Below, piece by piece: positions 61,851 to 64,000 of a stretch of 64,000 nt of DNA (position 1 is its first letter; each line of letters opens with the position of its first letter). Made by a program: the position numbers and the translations under genes. The notes beneath the pieces are model-generated. The model was not told the DNA's origin. It did not search any database and saw only the letters and a list, made by a program, of their open reading frames with translations. The stretch comes from Octopus sinensis (Eukaryota): positions 89,838,001 to 89,902,000 of the forward strand of contig NC_043001.1 of NCBI RefSeq assembly GCF_006345805.1, written 5' to 3'.

Positions 61851-62641
61851 CATATACCATAAAAACTGGCTAGGCTTTAAAAGGGTGCATTTATTTATTT
61901 ATATATATATAGGCTTCTTTCACACTATAACAAATACAAACAAATGTTCATAAAAAATTTCAACACAGCTAAAAACGATATATTGTGTAATACATTTTAA
62001 ATCTATCATTATTATCGTTTTAATGCTCATTTTTTCCATGCTTGCATGATTCATACAAGACTTGTGGCAGATTTTTCTACAGTTGGATGCTCTTCCTGTC
62101 ACCAACCATCATGTTTACAAGAAAGGTAATGTTTCCCACAGTCCTTGAAAAATGAACAGTTGGTTAGCTGAACCATGCTTTCACAGAGGAGTGTGAATAA
62201 GTGTTTGTATGACAGTAAATTTGGTTTGCAATTAGCATGCACATCAAGATAATGGGGAAAACACCTATATAAGACATAGGTGCAAGCATGGGTATGTGGT
62301 TGAGAAGCTTGCTTGTCAACCATATGGTCTTAGTTATAGCCTTGTGGATGTATGTATGAAAACTAGAAGGCCATCATATATATATATATATCAACAGATG
62401 AAATCCAGAGGTTCTTAGTACAGAAAACAGTAGCACTCAAATGAATCAATCTTAGACTCTGATGTCTTTACAAGGGACCAATTCCACAAGGTAAAGAGGA
62501 GCTATAAGAGGAATCTAGGTGAGCAGATATGGAGGCAATTATGCAGATAAACAAATTATATATAACAGCTTGGGTTTGATATATAATTGCATATATATAT
62601 ATAAAGTACATAATTAATGATCATTTGTTTAAAATTCTAAA

Positions 62642-63082
62642 TCTATACATATAAAGCTGAAGTTGTCTCTGTGTGTGTGGCAGGTTTGGTAGCCTTCAAC
62701 TAACACTATCTCCTCCGAGACCCTGTGGCGCAAGTTGACCAAAATTAAGAGTATGATAGAAGAAGGCTTGCTCTTCATTCCATAGATGAAACAATTCAAA
62801 TCGGACCATGTTAAGACAAAAAATTATTTACATCAAAAAGGTGCTTTTTTTCTATGAAAATCCCTATTTTTTATGATATTTTGACTGCTGTGTTGCCATT
62901 TTTCGGTGTATTTCAACCAGAAAAATGTTCACTTAAAGAGAAAACAAAGCTATATAATGCAAAATTTTTACTTTTCGAAAAAGATTGAAACTATGTCAAA
63001 ACTTTGTTAACGCGACATCAAAGTCTGCCGTTTTAAGCGCAACTAAAAAACAAACCCAAGCAACACCGGGCTATACTGCTAG
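62642..63082 (+). mobile_element. Non-autonomous Helitron (441 bp), separate family
   Basis: Canonical A|TCTATACATATAAAG start and gcaacaccgggctatactgCTAG|T end. Confidence 0.75.
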
Positions 63083-64000
63083 TTTTAAATAAAGCTGTTG
63101 TAAATTAAATTACAAGACGGTCACTAAATTATATACCAACCCAATATATATATATATGTGTGTGTGTGTGCATGTTTTGTAATACGATGGTTTTGAACAA
63201 CATCACCCTCAAATGATATTGTCCTGTGAAAAATGTCTGTCCATGGAGAAATATTACCTTACTTGGAAGCAGATGAGGGTTGGCAACTGGAAGGGCATGT
63301 AGCCACCAAAAATTCACTTCAACAAATCCTATTTGATCTGTGCAAGCATGGAAAGGTGGATATTTACCATTACAACAGATGTGATAAGAGAATAGAAAAA
63401 AAATATTGGTATAAAATTGCCAGTAAATCAGGATAAAAATACCTTGTATTTATTTTTCCCCAGTTCACATAGAAACCCTGATTGTTGGTCTTGTAACTGG
63501 GAATGCAGTAAAGCAGGTGATTGCAGAAAGTGCACGATATAAATTAAAAATATAGATGTGTGTGTGTATATATATATATACACACACATTTGTGTTGCAA
63601 GATTCCTGATGTGAAACTGTGTTAAAATAGATACTGTATTTCGGGATGGTATCTTTTTTATTTTGCCAAATAGAACAGAATGGACTAAGCGAAGCAGGAG
63701 CACACACGAGGATGGAAAATTCCACGAAAGATTTCCAGACAATGGACATGAGTTAAAATAACAGTAATAAACGAGTGAAGAACGAATATATAGTGTGTGT
63801 GTGTTTATTTGGCAAGAAAGAAAAAAAAAAAAAAAGACTATCCCAAAATACAGTATATATATATATATCCTAGACAATTTCTAATCAGTTTCACTCTTTT
63901 CACGCTTGTCAACTGTAGCTTGTACTCTGGAAATGTACTAACAACCTAAACAATACATATATATGTATATATCCACACACACACAACACTGAAATTCATA

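Overview
AT-rich, microsatellite-dense eukaryotic genomic DNA. The SINE/LINE repertoire suggests an invertebrate, probably an octopod cephalopod (inference). One host gene is supported: a 5-exon, + strand PRA1-family gene (RABAC1/PRAF1-like, prenylated Rab acceptor 1). Its CDS is 10906-10985, 27439-27651, 30302-30399, 31074-31175 and 33416-33507 (194 aa, all GT-AG, phases consistent), with a 16.5-kb first intron. The rest is mostly transposon debris from many lineages: a compact Ty3/gypsy-type LTR element with both LTRs and a 5-bp TSD, CR1-group, RTE, L1/Tx1 and CRE-like (RLE) non-LTR fragments, Penelope-like GIY-YIG remnants, Tc1, mariner, a pogo-like MITE, several Helitrons and three tRNA-derived SINE families. 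There is also a 1.9-kb periodic A/T-tract satellite and kb-scale TA/CA/TATG microsatellites. The most unusual feature is at 6.4-6.9 kb: a head-to-head pair of a tRNA-headed (Pol III A/B box) element, one copy of which carries a complete minimal hammerhead ribozyme. Most ORFs in the supplied track are microsatellite or TE artefacts. No rRNA, true tRNA or CRISPR array was found. TE boundaries without TSD/TIR support are approximate.
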